Of a stretch of 64,000 nt of DNA, positions 12,673-25,615 are shown one piece after another. Each line of letters starts with the position of its first letter. The first letter of the stretch is position 1. Origin of the DNA: Sphagnum compactum (Eukaryota). The translations under genes and the position numbers were made by a program. The stretch spans positions 5,952,001 through 6,016,000 of the forward strand of contig OZ234494.1 in the NCBI GenBank assembly GCA_965153455.1. Reading direction: 5' to 3'. The notes below the pieces were generated by a model. That model worked only from the letters and a program-made list of their open reading frames with translations, searched no databases and was not told where the DNA came from.

Positions 12673-14275
12673 AGGTCAGTTTCCTCTCATAGTTTTGGTA
12701 CTTTAAAATAAAATAAAATAAAATAGACGTCGACCAATAATTCTTTGTTTGAATGGCTCAAAATTTCCAGGTTTTGAAACATAAAATAAAATAAAATAAA
12801 ATAAATAAATAAATTAAAAATAAATAATGTCTGTCTTGTATAGTAGGTTCCCAAAGGTGAAGGATGTTCATGTTAGGTATTTTTCTTTTTTTCCAATATC
12901 TTGTTTATGGCGAAATCTGGATAAATCTTTCTTGTGGGTGATTGTCACTTTGGCGATATCAAAAACTTGAAAAGAAAAGGAAAAAAAAAAAAACAAAAAA
13001 GAAGAACAAAGAAGAAAAATGGGAAACTAAAGTTCAATCTAAAAAAAACACGAAGAAGAAAAGAATTGCATGTGCCCTTTGACTAGGTAATAAAATTCAA
13101 CAACAAATATTCATCTACATCTCAAGGTGGATCCAAAAGCCCAAATGTATATCATTTAAAAAAAAAAAAGTTGAGTCTCATTACAATAGAATATGATATT
13201 TCCTTGGGAAGTAGGCCACGACTCATGACACACATGTGGTGACAACGTAAACTTCAACTTCGTTGGTTTTTCACCATTTCAACACCAAAATTGCGTGATA
13301 CATACGACATCATAGTTTGACATTTGTGTAAAGAGGTAAAAAGGCCTCGTTGGCTCATGACACATTTGTGAGGTAAATTTACTTTGTGCTTTTTTAACCA
13401 TTTCCATACAGAAAAATAATGTGTGATATTTTTTTATTTTATTTATCAATGTTGGGCAAGTATCGACCGTTTGATAAATTTACCGATTGGTATTATTTGG
13501 TATTGGATATATTTTCAAAAAAAATTCATACTAGTAGTTTGACATATTGTATTATCATATATGGTGCTGAATAATTATTTTAATTTTTTCAAAGTCAAGT
13601 TCAGCAATAAAGTGGTAATTTTGAAAATTTTCGGCTTGATATGATGGCGATTTTGATTTGATTTAATTTAATTTAATTTAATTTATAAAATTTCTTTTGT
13701 GTGTGTGTGTGTGTGTGTGTGGCAATGATGGTTAATCCTTGCACTATTAAATCCATGAAGAAATTTCATTAAAAAAATAAAAAAATAATCGAACAATTTC
13801 CTCTACTTATGAAAGTCCTTGGTTGTATGTAAGCAGCATGAAACATTAAGCATTGGAGTTGCTCCACCATGTGGTTATCCACCATGTGCTTAGTAGCAAC
13901 CTCAATGTAAGCAGTCCACGGTTTACATGGGCGATCATACTACACACATGAATATGGCTTGGTTTAGGGTTTTGGTAGGGTTTAGGGTTTTGTTCGATGA
14001 TGAGTAGGTCAATCCCGTATACATGCCACATGTCAATTTTCTGATGGGTATCGGTACGTTTTGATTTTTTTCCCTTTTTTTTTTTCCCTTGTCAGCAGCA
14101 TCACAATTCCTCTCTCATCACAATCATGTTTCCCCCATGATTGTAGGATGGATGGATGGATGACAATCATCCATCCATCCATACCTACAAGATGTACACC
14201 ATCCATCCATTGGAAACCCAATATGGCTCAGTTGTGGATGAACTACAACAGAGTTGGTAAGATTCCATCTGAGTG

Positions 14276-14859
14276 GCCAGAGTGAACCAGCACCCCACCC
14301 CCACCAGTGCACCAATGATGGATGGATGGTAAGTGATCGGTAAACAGTTTTCTGTTCAATTCCAGTTCCCTAGCTCAGTTTTCTGTTGTGATCAGCTCAG
14401 TTACTTATTTCTTTTATTACCTACCTACTAACAACCCTGTTGCAGTTTTAATAATAATAATAATAATAATAATAAATTTATTAAAAAAAAAAAAAAAACC
14501 CCTTAACCTATGTATAAACTATAAACCATCTACATACTTAGTAGTCACCTATTTTCTTACCTACCTACCTATCTACCTAGATATGGACCTACTTTCTTAC
14601 AGACTGGGTTACCAAGGTGAAACCAGATAGTAAATCTGTTGAGGTTCATCCACGACGGAGTCATAACCCACATCCCAGTGGATGATGTACTGGTGGGTGC
14701 TGGTTCACTCTATTATGTAGGTAGGTAGGTAGGTAGGTAGGTGTGTGTGGTTAGTTAGACCATGGTTAAGTGTGTGACAGGAATACAATGAAAAAGCATT
14801 TGCTGTCCACATATCATCCATCTTGGATGGTATGCTGCTGGGTGCTGGTTCACTCTGGC
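14276..14859. repeat. MITE-like element with 20-bp perfect inverted termini; dispersed family
   Basis: GCCAGAGTGAACCAGCACCC (14276) pairs with GGGTGCTGGTTCACTCTGGC (ends 14859), and a second right-hand copy ends at 14711. Related sequence occurs at ~14195-14255, ~18330-18402 and ~22381-22490. Confidence 0.6.
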
Positions 14860-14941
14860 ATGTTCATAGGTTGCTTGCTTATGGGTTTAGGGTTTAATAG
14901 GGCATAACTGCAGAGTAAGTGATTTGCACAATTAGGACCTT

Positions 14942-15065
14942 GAGGAACCTGAACAATCTGATGTTGTAAGATGCACAATTTGTTGAATCTGTTTTTCAAT
15001 TGCACAAATGCACGGACTCGACAAATGTGCATATATCCTACAATATCAGATTGTTCAGGTTCCTC
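14942..15065. ncRNA. Long imperfect hairpin, candidate pre-miRNA/hpRNA
   Basis: GAGGAACCTGAACAATCTGATGTTGTAAGAT pairs with ATCCTACAATATCAGATTGTTCAGGTTCCTC (2 differences in 31 bp). The stem continues GCACAATTTGTTGAATCTGT/ACGGACTCGACAAATGTGC around a ~19-nt loop. No expression evidence. Confidence 0.35.
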
Positions 15066-15134
15066 CTCCTCACAATCCTAATTGTATTGTAGAGGAATAG
15101 TTATCTTGGTGCAAATACTCCCCTGAATGGAACG

Positions 15135-16248
15135 GAATTGAGGCTGCTAGTAGATTTCTTCTGTTTGGGACTTGCAAAAGAATTCCTCCCCAGAATCAAT
15201 TGGTTCAAAGCTGTGGGTACGTGGAGATGTGGGGTTGTTTCCAGACTTGATCAAAAGCTTGCCCTCATTATTAACCATGATAGCCAATCACATGACGATG
15301 TGAAATCTTATTAGCCAAATTGTTCAACTCTGAAATTTGACAAATAGACATATTATAGATTCTACCGAGCTGAGCAGAGCCAATCCAGCAACTTACAAAT
15401 TTTTGGAAAAAAAGAAAAATGCTGCTTCACAGTCCACACTACATTTGGTGCTGCAATCGATTAGGTATGAAGTGTCCTTTGAGGCCCAGCTACAGCCTGC
15501 AGATCCCAGCGTATGCATTTGCAATCCACACAATAACCATAAGTCAATTATAATTCACAAGTCAATTTAGCCATGGTGCAGGTGTGCTGCATTGAGGTCA
15601 TGTCCAAAAAATGGAGTTCACAACACAGTGGTACAAAGATTTGAATGACAACGAACGAAAGGCGGTCATGATAGCTTTCTCCTCACTCAGTAAAAGGATC
15701 TCAATGTCAGCAGCCTTGAGATGTTGGGTACATGATTCAAACTCTCGCTTGGGATTGGGGTTCCTGGATTGTTGGCTCATGACAATCAGGATGTTGTTGA
15801 AGTTAGGTCACCAGAGGATCATAGCCAAAAGATACGAGCAACAACAAGAGAGGAATATCACAGGGAAGCCAACCAGCCCATCCTTAATGCAAGCAGACAT
15901 CCCCATGATCAAATCATTAAATTGGCATCAAGCTAAAGATTGATGATCAAGTCTGGAAACAACCCCACATCCATCACACCCACAGCTTTGAACCAATTGA
16001 TTCTGGGGAGGAATTCTTTTGCAAGTCCCAAACAGAAGAAGACTAGCAGCCTCGATTCAAACTCGCTTGGGATCGGGGGTCCTGGGTTGTTGGCTCATGA
16101 CAATCAGGATGTTGAAGTTAGGTCACCAGAGGATCATAGACAAAAGATATATGAGCAACAAGAGAGGAATATCACAGGGAAGCCAACCAGCGCATCCTTA
16201 ATGCAGCAAACATCCCCATGATCAAATCATTAAATTGGCATCAAGCTA
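15135..16248. repeat. Local rearrangement: ~115-bp inverted duplication plus ~200-bp direct duplication
   Basis: 15135-15253 is the reverse complement of 15944-16058; 15734-15935 is directly repeated at 16054-16248. Confidence 0.9.
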
Positions 16249-19200
16249 CTCATACAACATGCAACGATACAGAGTTTGGCTGTCCTTGTTAATCTTAGAG
16301 CAAGCATTTGATGACCCAAACACATGCAAATTGCATAGAATGGATGATCAATGTACCAAAGAAGGTGGAAAAATTGAGCTGCAGAAGTGCAGTATGTTAA
16401 TATTTCAAATGTCCAATTTTGGTGATCTGACGTTGCGACAAATTACGAAAATACATACCAAGCTGGTTATGTGTTAGTGTGGGTAGAAAAAAACAAAAGG
16501 TGCGGGCAAAAACAATTGTTGCAAGCGTGTGCATGCAAATAATCTGCAAGTTGCAAGCACATATGCAAGTTCTATGGATGCAAACGTTGTACTGTTACCT
16601 TCTAGCATTTTGGCATAGACAGGTCTCCACCTGTAGAATATATGTAAATGTTGAAATGCATATGCCATGTTGAAGCACAAACAGATTGCGGATTTGAAAG
16701 AACTTAGTTGGAAAATTTGGATTCTCAGGCGAATTCAACTTTCAGGTAGGTTGGAGAGGTGGTTACCATGAAGGGCAGGATTTCTAGTGGCCACAAGTGA
16801 GCATCACAGACATAGCTGATAACCACTTGTGCTTCACTTCCAAACCATTGATGAAGATTTTGAAACCAAAGTTTCCGAGCACATTCTCTGAAAACAATTG
16901 TCACAGGTGAAGGGCGTTTGTGGGATTTAGGTCCTTGGCACAAGAAACAATCTCAATGTGCAAAATGCAGACAGTTACTGAAGGAAATGGCACACCAAAT
17001 CTGATTCCAAGCATCTCAGGAGTAACAACCAGTGGTGGCTGCCTTGAAAGCTTCAAGGTTTCATTAGCAATTCTGAAGGCACCAACATGCATGTAATACG
17101 ACCAAAAAACAAAAAGTGCCATAGAAAACAATAATTGCATGTTCATACAATAGATTATTGTATAATGCCATCTTTCACGCTTGTTTCCTTCCAAGTGACT
17201 ACCATTTCCATTCTTTTTGAGTTTTTTGAAAAGTTTTGATTCTAAATTTTTTTGTGAACTCTTTCACAATCTTTGAGTCGACATGTCTTACTAGACTTAA
17301 CAACAATTCCACACAAAAACTTCATTCCTAACACATCTATCACTTGAACCGAGGGTTTTTCACAATGCAATTGTGACACAAAATCATGGTTGGAAAACCC
17401 TAATTGGATGGAATAGTATCATCAACTGCTGGAACTCAGAAGGCAACAAGAGTTTGACAATTGAGTTGAATATGGAAAAGGCTATGTAGACTTTGTGTTT
17501 TTTTTAATTTTTTGCTTTGTTTTGTTCTTTTGTAGGTTATGTTCAACGACGCTTATCGTTGATTCGGTGTCTGGTTGCTTTTGATTTGTGTTTTGCTGGA
17601 TAAGTATAAGCTTGGTTTTGGAGGATGCACATAATGAAATTTGAAGATTGGCAATATATTGAGATAGATGCTACTTTGTTCCAACAATTCTTGATTATTG
17701 AGGATGGTAAAAACTTTGTGTTCAAGATTGGGTTTTTGCTGCTCCTAATTTGGTTACACAACAACTTCAACACCATGTTAGTTGAATAAATTAATTAATA
17801 TTAAAATTTTCACAAATAGAAAATATTCATGTTCAGATTCAAAAATTTCAAAAAAATTTCATATTCATGTTCTTCACAAAAACATTTGTGTGAAAAGTTT
17901 CAATGTTTCTCAAAATAATAAAATATAATTAGTGTCAAAGCTACCAAGGTACTACTATAGTAAGGCAATGTGTTTTTGGGGGGTCAAAACACTCATGATA
18001 TATAGCAAAGTCCAAACCTTGCTTCCCAAACTCCCATCTCCCACATGTTACACAATCCCACTCATATTGCCACTAACTAAACCATGGTGGTTAGTTAGGT
18101 TGTACCAACCATCCCACCTGTATCTATCTACCTACCTACCTCTAGTAGCCTGCACCAAGTAAGTGCCTTACATACTTACCGACCTCCATCCGAACCACAA
18201 GTACATTACCAACCTACTTACTTACTTTTGATACATGTATACCCACTTACAAAGGGTAGTTACCTAAGTAGTGTGAGGTGTAAGGAGTACAAGGGGTTTA
18301 GGTCACCGAAATTGGAACCTTGATGATAACTCAGTTACGGTTCATCCATACCCGAGTCTTTACACATTCATTTCCAATGGATGGCTGTACTAGTGGGTGC
18401 TGAGTAGTTGCATAATTTTCTGTGTTCTATACCGAACAACAAACTCTATACTTGCCCAACATGGATTTGAACGGGTGTTGTATGGGTATCAACTTTTGAA
18501 CATACCCGTGAGTACTGGTATCAAATTGTTCTAGAAGCCTGGTGCTTGCTGGTAATAGGGTCCAAGGCTGATTTTTGGTTGGCTAGTGAGCGGCACGTAC
18601 ACCACGCCATGGTTGGACGGTTATTGAGTTTTCACTTGAATGATCAATCGGGTTATCAATCCAGTTATTAATAACTTACCTAGATAACCTGGTTGCAATT
18701 CAGGTAGGTTATCAATCCAGTCCAGTTATTGATAACTTACCTGGATGACCTGGTTGTAGTTCAAGAAGGTTATGAATCCTAAACACTTAAAAACATTTTA
18801 AAAGATAGAAAACCAAAAGAAAGTAAACACAAATTTTTAATTAACAAAAATAGGCTTATTAGTTTTGGCACCCACTTTCAAGATGAATGATCAAAATGAA
18901 AAAAGTAGTGTAATAGGGTTTAGGGTTTGCATAGCTATCAATTTTTCACCAAGTTCTAGGAATTCTTTTGAAGTACAGTGCCCTCAATGTGTGATTAAAG
19001 CTTTTTGGAAGTTGGAACTTTGAGCACAACAGCCCATAGAATTGTTTTAGAAGCCTTATGATTGGGAACTAATTGCTGCTCTTTTTTTTTGGCAATAATA
19101 ACCTACTCTCACCAAAGTTAATAATAATACCAAAGTTAAAATAGTGTAGTAGTAGTAGTAGTAAAGTACCTTGGCAACTTCAACACATGTCTGTTGAATA

Positions 19201-21070
19201 ATTTATTTATTTTGAAATTTTCATTTCCACCCAATAAAAAGTAGGTATGCCTGAAGAAGATTCAATAATTTTTTTTTTTCACAAGATTTTTTTTTTGTTC
19301 TTTGAAAAAATAAATCAAAACACTTGAAGATTTCAACATTTCTGAAAATAACATGATGATTATTAGGGTTGAAGATGCCAAGCTACTACTACTACTACTA
19401 CTACTACTAGGGTAGTTAATACTTCGTACCCATTAGCAAAGAGTATTAACACCTAAGTTAATGGTTGCCCTTATAAGTCTTATAGCTTGCCAGCCCCCAT
19501 GGAAGTTGCCAATTTGTGGAGTAAATAAACCATATAATTTGGAGTGTCCATTAGGTACTTTTCTGACATGCCACAATTTTTCTTCTATTTCACAATGTGC
19601 TCAAGTTTTGGTACAATAACCATGATATTGAATATGGTAAACTATATGGGAAAGGAAGTCATTGGTTTGTTCACAAATTTGAGTGGAGATTTGACACTAA
19701 TCTTGTGGTCCCTTAATGCAATATCTAGCTTACCACCTTTCACTAATCAAACAAGTGCAATTTGTGTGTGATATAAAGGATGGACCTTGCTTTGCAATTT
19801 TAGATTAACACTTAAAATGTTACAAATCGGAATTTCCACTTGTTGCAGTTTAGATGGGCATTCCCTTCAAATGCACCAGTCTCCTCGTTTGGAAGTTTCA
19901 CGTATTGGGTGGTTATTAGAAATGGCACCAAAGAACTTGTGGCTCTCAGGGAGGTTTTTCAATATATGAAATCGCAGTTGTGAAAAATTGAAAAAAATCG
20001 ATCTAACCTTCTCATATAATTTAATTTCACTTGTGTGCTGAAACTTTCATCCTAGCATTTGTACAAAATTGAGTAAAATTGCTGGAAGGCCCTACAGTTG
20101 TGAGTCAGTTTGCCGTCACACACTGAAAAAACCTGCACTATGAAACTTCAAGTAGTGCTAGATTGTGTGGAAATTCGCAAGCAGTCATCAAACAGAAAGA
20201 TGCCCACCACCGTTTTGAAAAACAAATTTCCACGACACTAGAACGCCATGCACATCTATGGAATATGCCCAACTTTGTCATATGCACACACATACACATA
20301 ATACTTAAAATATCACTCACACATTGGGTCAAGTTGTAGCCATAACATTTTACGCTCCAATCATTGGTTAAAAAATTTCCCATGATGCCCAGATGTCATG
20401 CACTTTTATGGAACATGCCCCACCATCATATGCACACATAGTACTCCAGATGCCACTCACACATCGGGTCAAGTTCTAGCCAAATTATTTTGTGGCGTAG
20501 TCTCTTTGCTATGGAGCAAACACACACACAAAAAAAAAAAACAAAGAAAAAACTTCAATCCAAATTGGAAGTTAAGTGCATGGGCAGAATCAAGTAAACA
20601 GTTTACAACAGCTCAGGGTTGTCCTTCCCAAGATGGAATAGCAACAACCAAATGGAGCCAAAAGACTTTGCAAAAAGAGACTTAAAATCGGTCCCAAAAT
20701 AGGGACAAATGAACAGATCCAAAACTCCAAAAAGAAGCCTGCAGTGATGGACGGCATTTTGGAAGAAAGCTCTTGGTTGTGTCATACCATTTCTAGACAT
20801 CAATTGTAAAGTATGTTCTGTTTTCACTCAAAACAGAAGCTCACACCAATCAACAGCAGGTTTAAGCTTTGCTTTGCCTTTTACGGGCCTCAGCAGCATC
20901 ATCATCCTGTACAAAAATGTTGGGACAAAACCATTTTGCCGAGCACAACCACCAGCATGTTTCCAGCTCTTCTTCATCCAAAAAAATTGCTGTACAGTGC
21001 ACTGGTGGAGTTGATCTGGTAGAGGGTATATATATAACTCATCTTATTGACATTGGGAAGTAAAAAGGGG

Positions 21071-21107
<37 letters not shown>

Positions 21108-21828
21108 GGAGCATTATGTGGAGGTGTCAGATGGTAGTAGTCACATCTAGCAGCTGCTGCTGCTGCTGCTGCAAGGAGGATCTGCAATCATACATTTACT
21201 CCCTGGTCACATTTGAAGTGCTAGAAGGTGCAGGCCGCATTTAACTCTCGCCTGCCAACAACACCTTGGCCGGAAAGTGATCATGAATGGGCTTGTCCTG
21301 AAATGTAAGTCAACCTGATGAGTTTCAGAAGTTTTGTGTATGACCCAATGATTTGTCCAGGGTGCCTGCAATGCTTGTAGACTCTCTGCACTGCAATCCC
21401 TCCCTGTTTATTGCTGCCGCCTCAGAAGAAGAAGAAGAAGAAGAAGAACCAGGGCTAAATTTCTTTTGCTTTTTCAATTTTGTGATCTATCTATCCCCAG
21501 TGGGCCATCATCAACCATAAAAGAGGAATTAGCCAAATTGGGCTACAGCTCAGATCAGAGGAAAGTACAAAAGTTTGAGAATCCTGCTATATTTTGGCGA
21601 TCTGCTGCTGAAACCTATTTATTGTGTGTATGTAAAAATTGGCAATCTCAGGGGGGAGGGGGGGGCCCCAAAAAACACAACTTTCCTTGAGAAATCTGGC
21701 AACTTTGGTTGCTTCTTTTTCACTTTTTGTTGTAGTATACATTGATGCTACCATCTGTTACTATGCTAATGGGCTGATCACTAAGTCTTTTTGCAAGGGG
21801 CTTATAACCCAATACCTCAACTCAAGCA

Positions 21829-22019
21829 TGTGTAGGGTAAGGACTGAGAACAGAGCTGTTCTGGGAATTAGGGCCCCTTGTAAGGTGGGACTCGAGTTCA
21901 GGACACAAATTCCCAGAGCAGCCGCACCTGAGGTCCTTATCAGGCATGAAGAATTGGTAGAACTTTTCTTTCTTAAAGTGGCTGTGATTCATTTGAGCAG
22001 AGGTAAGGTACCTTACCCT
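21829..22019. mobile_element. Small MITE-like element with internal hairpin
   Basis: TGTGTAGGGTAAGG...GTACCTTACCCT termini. Internal inverted pair GCTGTTCTGGGAATT / AATTCCCAGAGCAGC. Same terminal words as 12488-12672. Confidence 0.5.
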
Positions 22020-25000
22020 CCTGGAAGGTGCCTTTCTCTGCATTGACAGAAATTATATTGAAGGTAAAACGGCCTCCACATACACTAGAATAACTCTACT
22101 AGTTCTTTCCTTTCCATGGAATTGCCGTCTTTTTTGTTTCTTTCTCACCCTGTGATCCTTTTTCAAACTACATTCCTCTGAGAAGTGAAGTGGTCCCTTA
22201 TGATGAGGCTGTTGCTACTAGGTGGTTCATTTGTGTCCAAATAAACGAATCCCTGGATAAATTTGTTGTTGGGTCACTGTTGATCGGCATTTGTTTTGGA
22301 TTTTATTCTGGACGGAGTAGTGCTAATTTGTGATGAGTGCCTCTGCAAAATCTTCAGCCTTGGCATCTGCAGATTATGTGACCCAGCACACCACCAGTGC
22401 ACCATCCATTGGAAACCGCTGGGTTAGGAATAAGTTGTGGTTCATGAATCACAACCCAGTGGAACTGGTTCGACCTTGGTAACCTATCCTGTGAAGGCTC
22501 TTACTTCCCGTCACACTACCACGGTAACTACTTGGACAGAAGTAGGTGAATACTATAGGAAAACACATAAATGGTGATGTGTGTAAATGGTTACGATGTA
22601 AGTACGCGAGGCACTCAGTGGCGACACTAGGTGTGTAGATGCATTTGGATGCACAGCTAGCTAACCACCATGCTTAGTTACAGTTCGTTTTTATCGTTCA
22701 GGAATATGATGAAAAAGTGTTTCCTCTTCACACACCATCCGTCATCCATAGACTTGCTCATGGGTGCGAGTGCACTCTGGTCTGAGGAGGTTGGTCTCTG
22801 CTTGAAATGGTTTGGGAGCCAGGGGTTTGATGGGTTTCTTTTCTTCAATTTTGGCAAGTGGGTGGACTGGCGAACACAAAGAAGATTATCCACAAGATGA
22901 ATAAGCCGAGTTTGACTAGAGGTCAGACAGCAGAGTAGATTTTTATAAAAGAATCCTGTCTAGTTCTGATGAACAATAGGAAATCATTGTCTGAACAATA
23001 TGAGGAGACATGTGACTCTGTGTTTTTGTTTTCCTTCAAAATAGGGTGACTTTTGCAAAAAGAATTCCCCCCCACCCCACCCAAAACAAGCCCTGTGTAC
23101 TATAAATTCACACTTGTTTTTCTTTTCTCTCTCGCTTTTAATATTTATGTGGTAGAATTCAAACTTCACACATACATTTTGAAAAAGGAAGTTGTTAAAA
23201 ACTTACATAAAATTGTGATACACAGTTTTGCAGTCCTATGCGGAGAGTCATTTACTCATCAACAAAGGCACACATTCTTCATAATTTGGGTGGTACACTT
23301 TTTAATATCACCAGGATCTTCTTGGCTACTTAAACTCAAGGATTCTAGAAGCAAATAAGAACCAAAATTTTCCATAAATGCACAAAACCAGTAAAATCTG
23401 TTATACCCAAATTGTTGATCAAAGCAAGAAACAACAAAAGTTTAGTCTCAACTCAGAATGACGTAATCTCTGTGTCTGGCAAGAATCAAGTTCTCTGGCA
23501 ACCAAGTTGTTGTTGTTGTTGTTGTTGTTGTGTGGTGACTTCTGTTCATTGTTGCACTCTCACCTCCCTTGGCTCTCTCACCCATTTGGCTGGCTCCTTA
23601 CAAGATCCTTTGCTTCCCAAGTCAGCAACCAAGAACCCAAAAAAACAATCAATCATAGCAAAAATTATCACATGTTACCTTGTCATGTTCATTACCAGTG
23701 TGACGTTCTACCCCGTTGTTATTGACTCCATTGCTTATCCAACACGACCCGAAGATCCATGAAAGAACAAATTTTTTGCAATAAATAAAATATGGTACTA
23801 TCTTTTTTTTTAAAAATAATCACATTTCAGATAATAATCTCAGTCAGGCACCTAATACAATACTTTAAACATGGATTTCCCCTTTGTGGCTTGTACGAGG
23901 AGAAACTATAAAAGATGTAAAAGTTTATATTTATTTAAAAAAAGGCATTCGGATATGTTTAGCCCCTAAAATTCCAGTCAGCTTTATTTGGGTTAATGGA
24001 TGATTTCATTCAGACCCTACTCATAAAGCTAGAGACTCACTCCAAGAGTCACATAGACATCCAACTCTAGTGGGGTTTCTCTTCAACATGTGCAAAGTGG
24101 GAAGAGGATTAAGGCCTCGTTTTTTTAAAAAGAAATTCTTACAAATTTTATTTTTATATCAAAAATGACAATGATAGCAATCATGTTTTGAAATTTGTGT
24201 AAAGGTAAGTAACCTTTTAAAAATAAAAAATAAAAAAATAAAAATCCTCCTAAAGTACTCACTCCAACCCCCTAACATTTAAAAGAGGAGCTGGACTGCA
24301 ACATATTATATAGCTAAGTAGCTAGTAACCATATTGTTAAAAAAAAATTTACATTGAACTTTGGAAACTGACTTGGTGATGATAAGTTATTGTAGTCTTT
24401 TCCAATAGGATTTGTCAGAAGAGGTCACCCCAAACTTAACTTTAAAATGCATGTCTGTTTACACTTAAACCCAGCCAGGGTTTGTGGTCAGGCTAGCAGG
24501 CTCCTGCCTTATTTGGGTACTACTACCTTCTATGAGAGAAAGAGAGGAAAGAGAGAGAGAGAGAGGGAGAGTGTGAGTTGGTTCATGGAACCTAATTGTT
24601 TTGTTTTGTTATTATGAGAGGAAGAATGTGCTCATTTACTAATAATGAAAGGGGGTCAATAACAAGAGAAATTTTTAAAAAAAAAAATATTGTGTCAGAT
24701 TATTGGGATGTGGTCTTGTTTAATGGATTGTTACAGACAGTTTTTTGTAATTTGTTTTTCACACAAATTGTTCATGATTAGGCTCTTCACTTACATCATC
24801 AGTCTGACTCCTTTGTATTGTGTGCCCCCTTTGCACAAAGCATCATCGTTTTTTGCGCATTTTAGCTCACTCGGTGGGTGCTCAATATCCAATTCATTCC
24901 TCTGAAGCTGTTAATATTTGTTTAAGCACAACATATACATTGATGTATGTAGATTTCAGTTCATGTTGTAGAGTAAACGACAAATATGATGATGAGATCA

Positions 25001-25615
25001 AGATCTGGTTCTTCGTCTTTTTCAGTTTGTTTGCAGCTTGTTTCCACATTGAGAGAGGGACTCTCTCTCTCTCTCATGCAGCACCTGGGTCAGTTTGACG
25101 CAGCTTATAATATTTTCAGAAATGTTGAAAGAATTTTTTGAGAATATATGTATATATCATTTGTTCAAATGAAATCCTCAACATTAATTAATTATTTGAC
25201 AAACACGTTGTCAAAGTGATCAATATTGTGTCAGCGACAAAATTGCACTAAATTGCCATGTTCACAATGGAGAATTTGGGTTTGATTGTGGGTGATGTTT
25301 TTACATTGAGATGGGTAAGTCACAGCCTAATGATTTTGAGTTATGTTGTTGGTTGTGCAGATTTGTTAACATTTATGATTTTTAGTTGTCATGGGTAACT
25401 GGACCAGTCCCTGAACCAGAATTTGATAGCTGTTCAGCATTGGATTTTTTAAAGTTTCAATAATCTGAGTGACTAGTGGACAACTAGCTATTGCCAATAA
25501 AGATCAAAATTTACATTAATCAAAGAAGCACCCATTTTGTTTGAATGAGTATGTGGATAAGTCAGTGGATCCCAATGAAAACTGCAAGGCAAGATGTGGA
25601 GGAAAGTTGGAGCCA

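Noticed and set aside
16720..17200. Coding-looking stretch with 72- and 97-aa minus-strand ORFs
   Set aside because: I could not recognise a domain or build a consistent exon chain in the frames I translated.
19630..19700. Minus-strand STQICEQTNDFL resembling a KDZ-transposase motif
   Set aside because: Isolated short match surrounded by stops, with no supporting Cys clusters or catalytic motifs.
20757..20985. miR159/319-like words (TTGGATGAAGAAGAGCT and GAGCTTTCTTCCAAAA on the minus strand) downstream of a TATA-like tract
   Set aside because: The arms are in the wrong order for a miR319 precursor, pairing is poor and the match to the mature sequence has several differences.
21270..21335. 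ATGGGCTTGTCC (RNase MRP-like word) and CTGATGA (hammerhead core)
   Set aside because: No GAAAGTCCCC-type P4 motif and no stem II/GAAA; chance matches.
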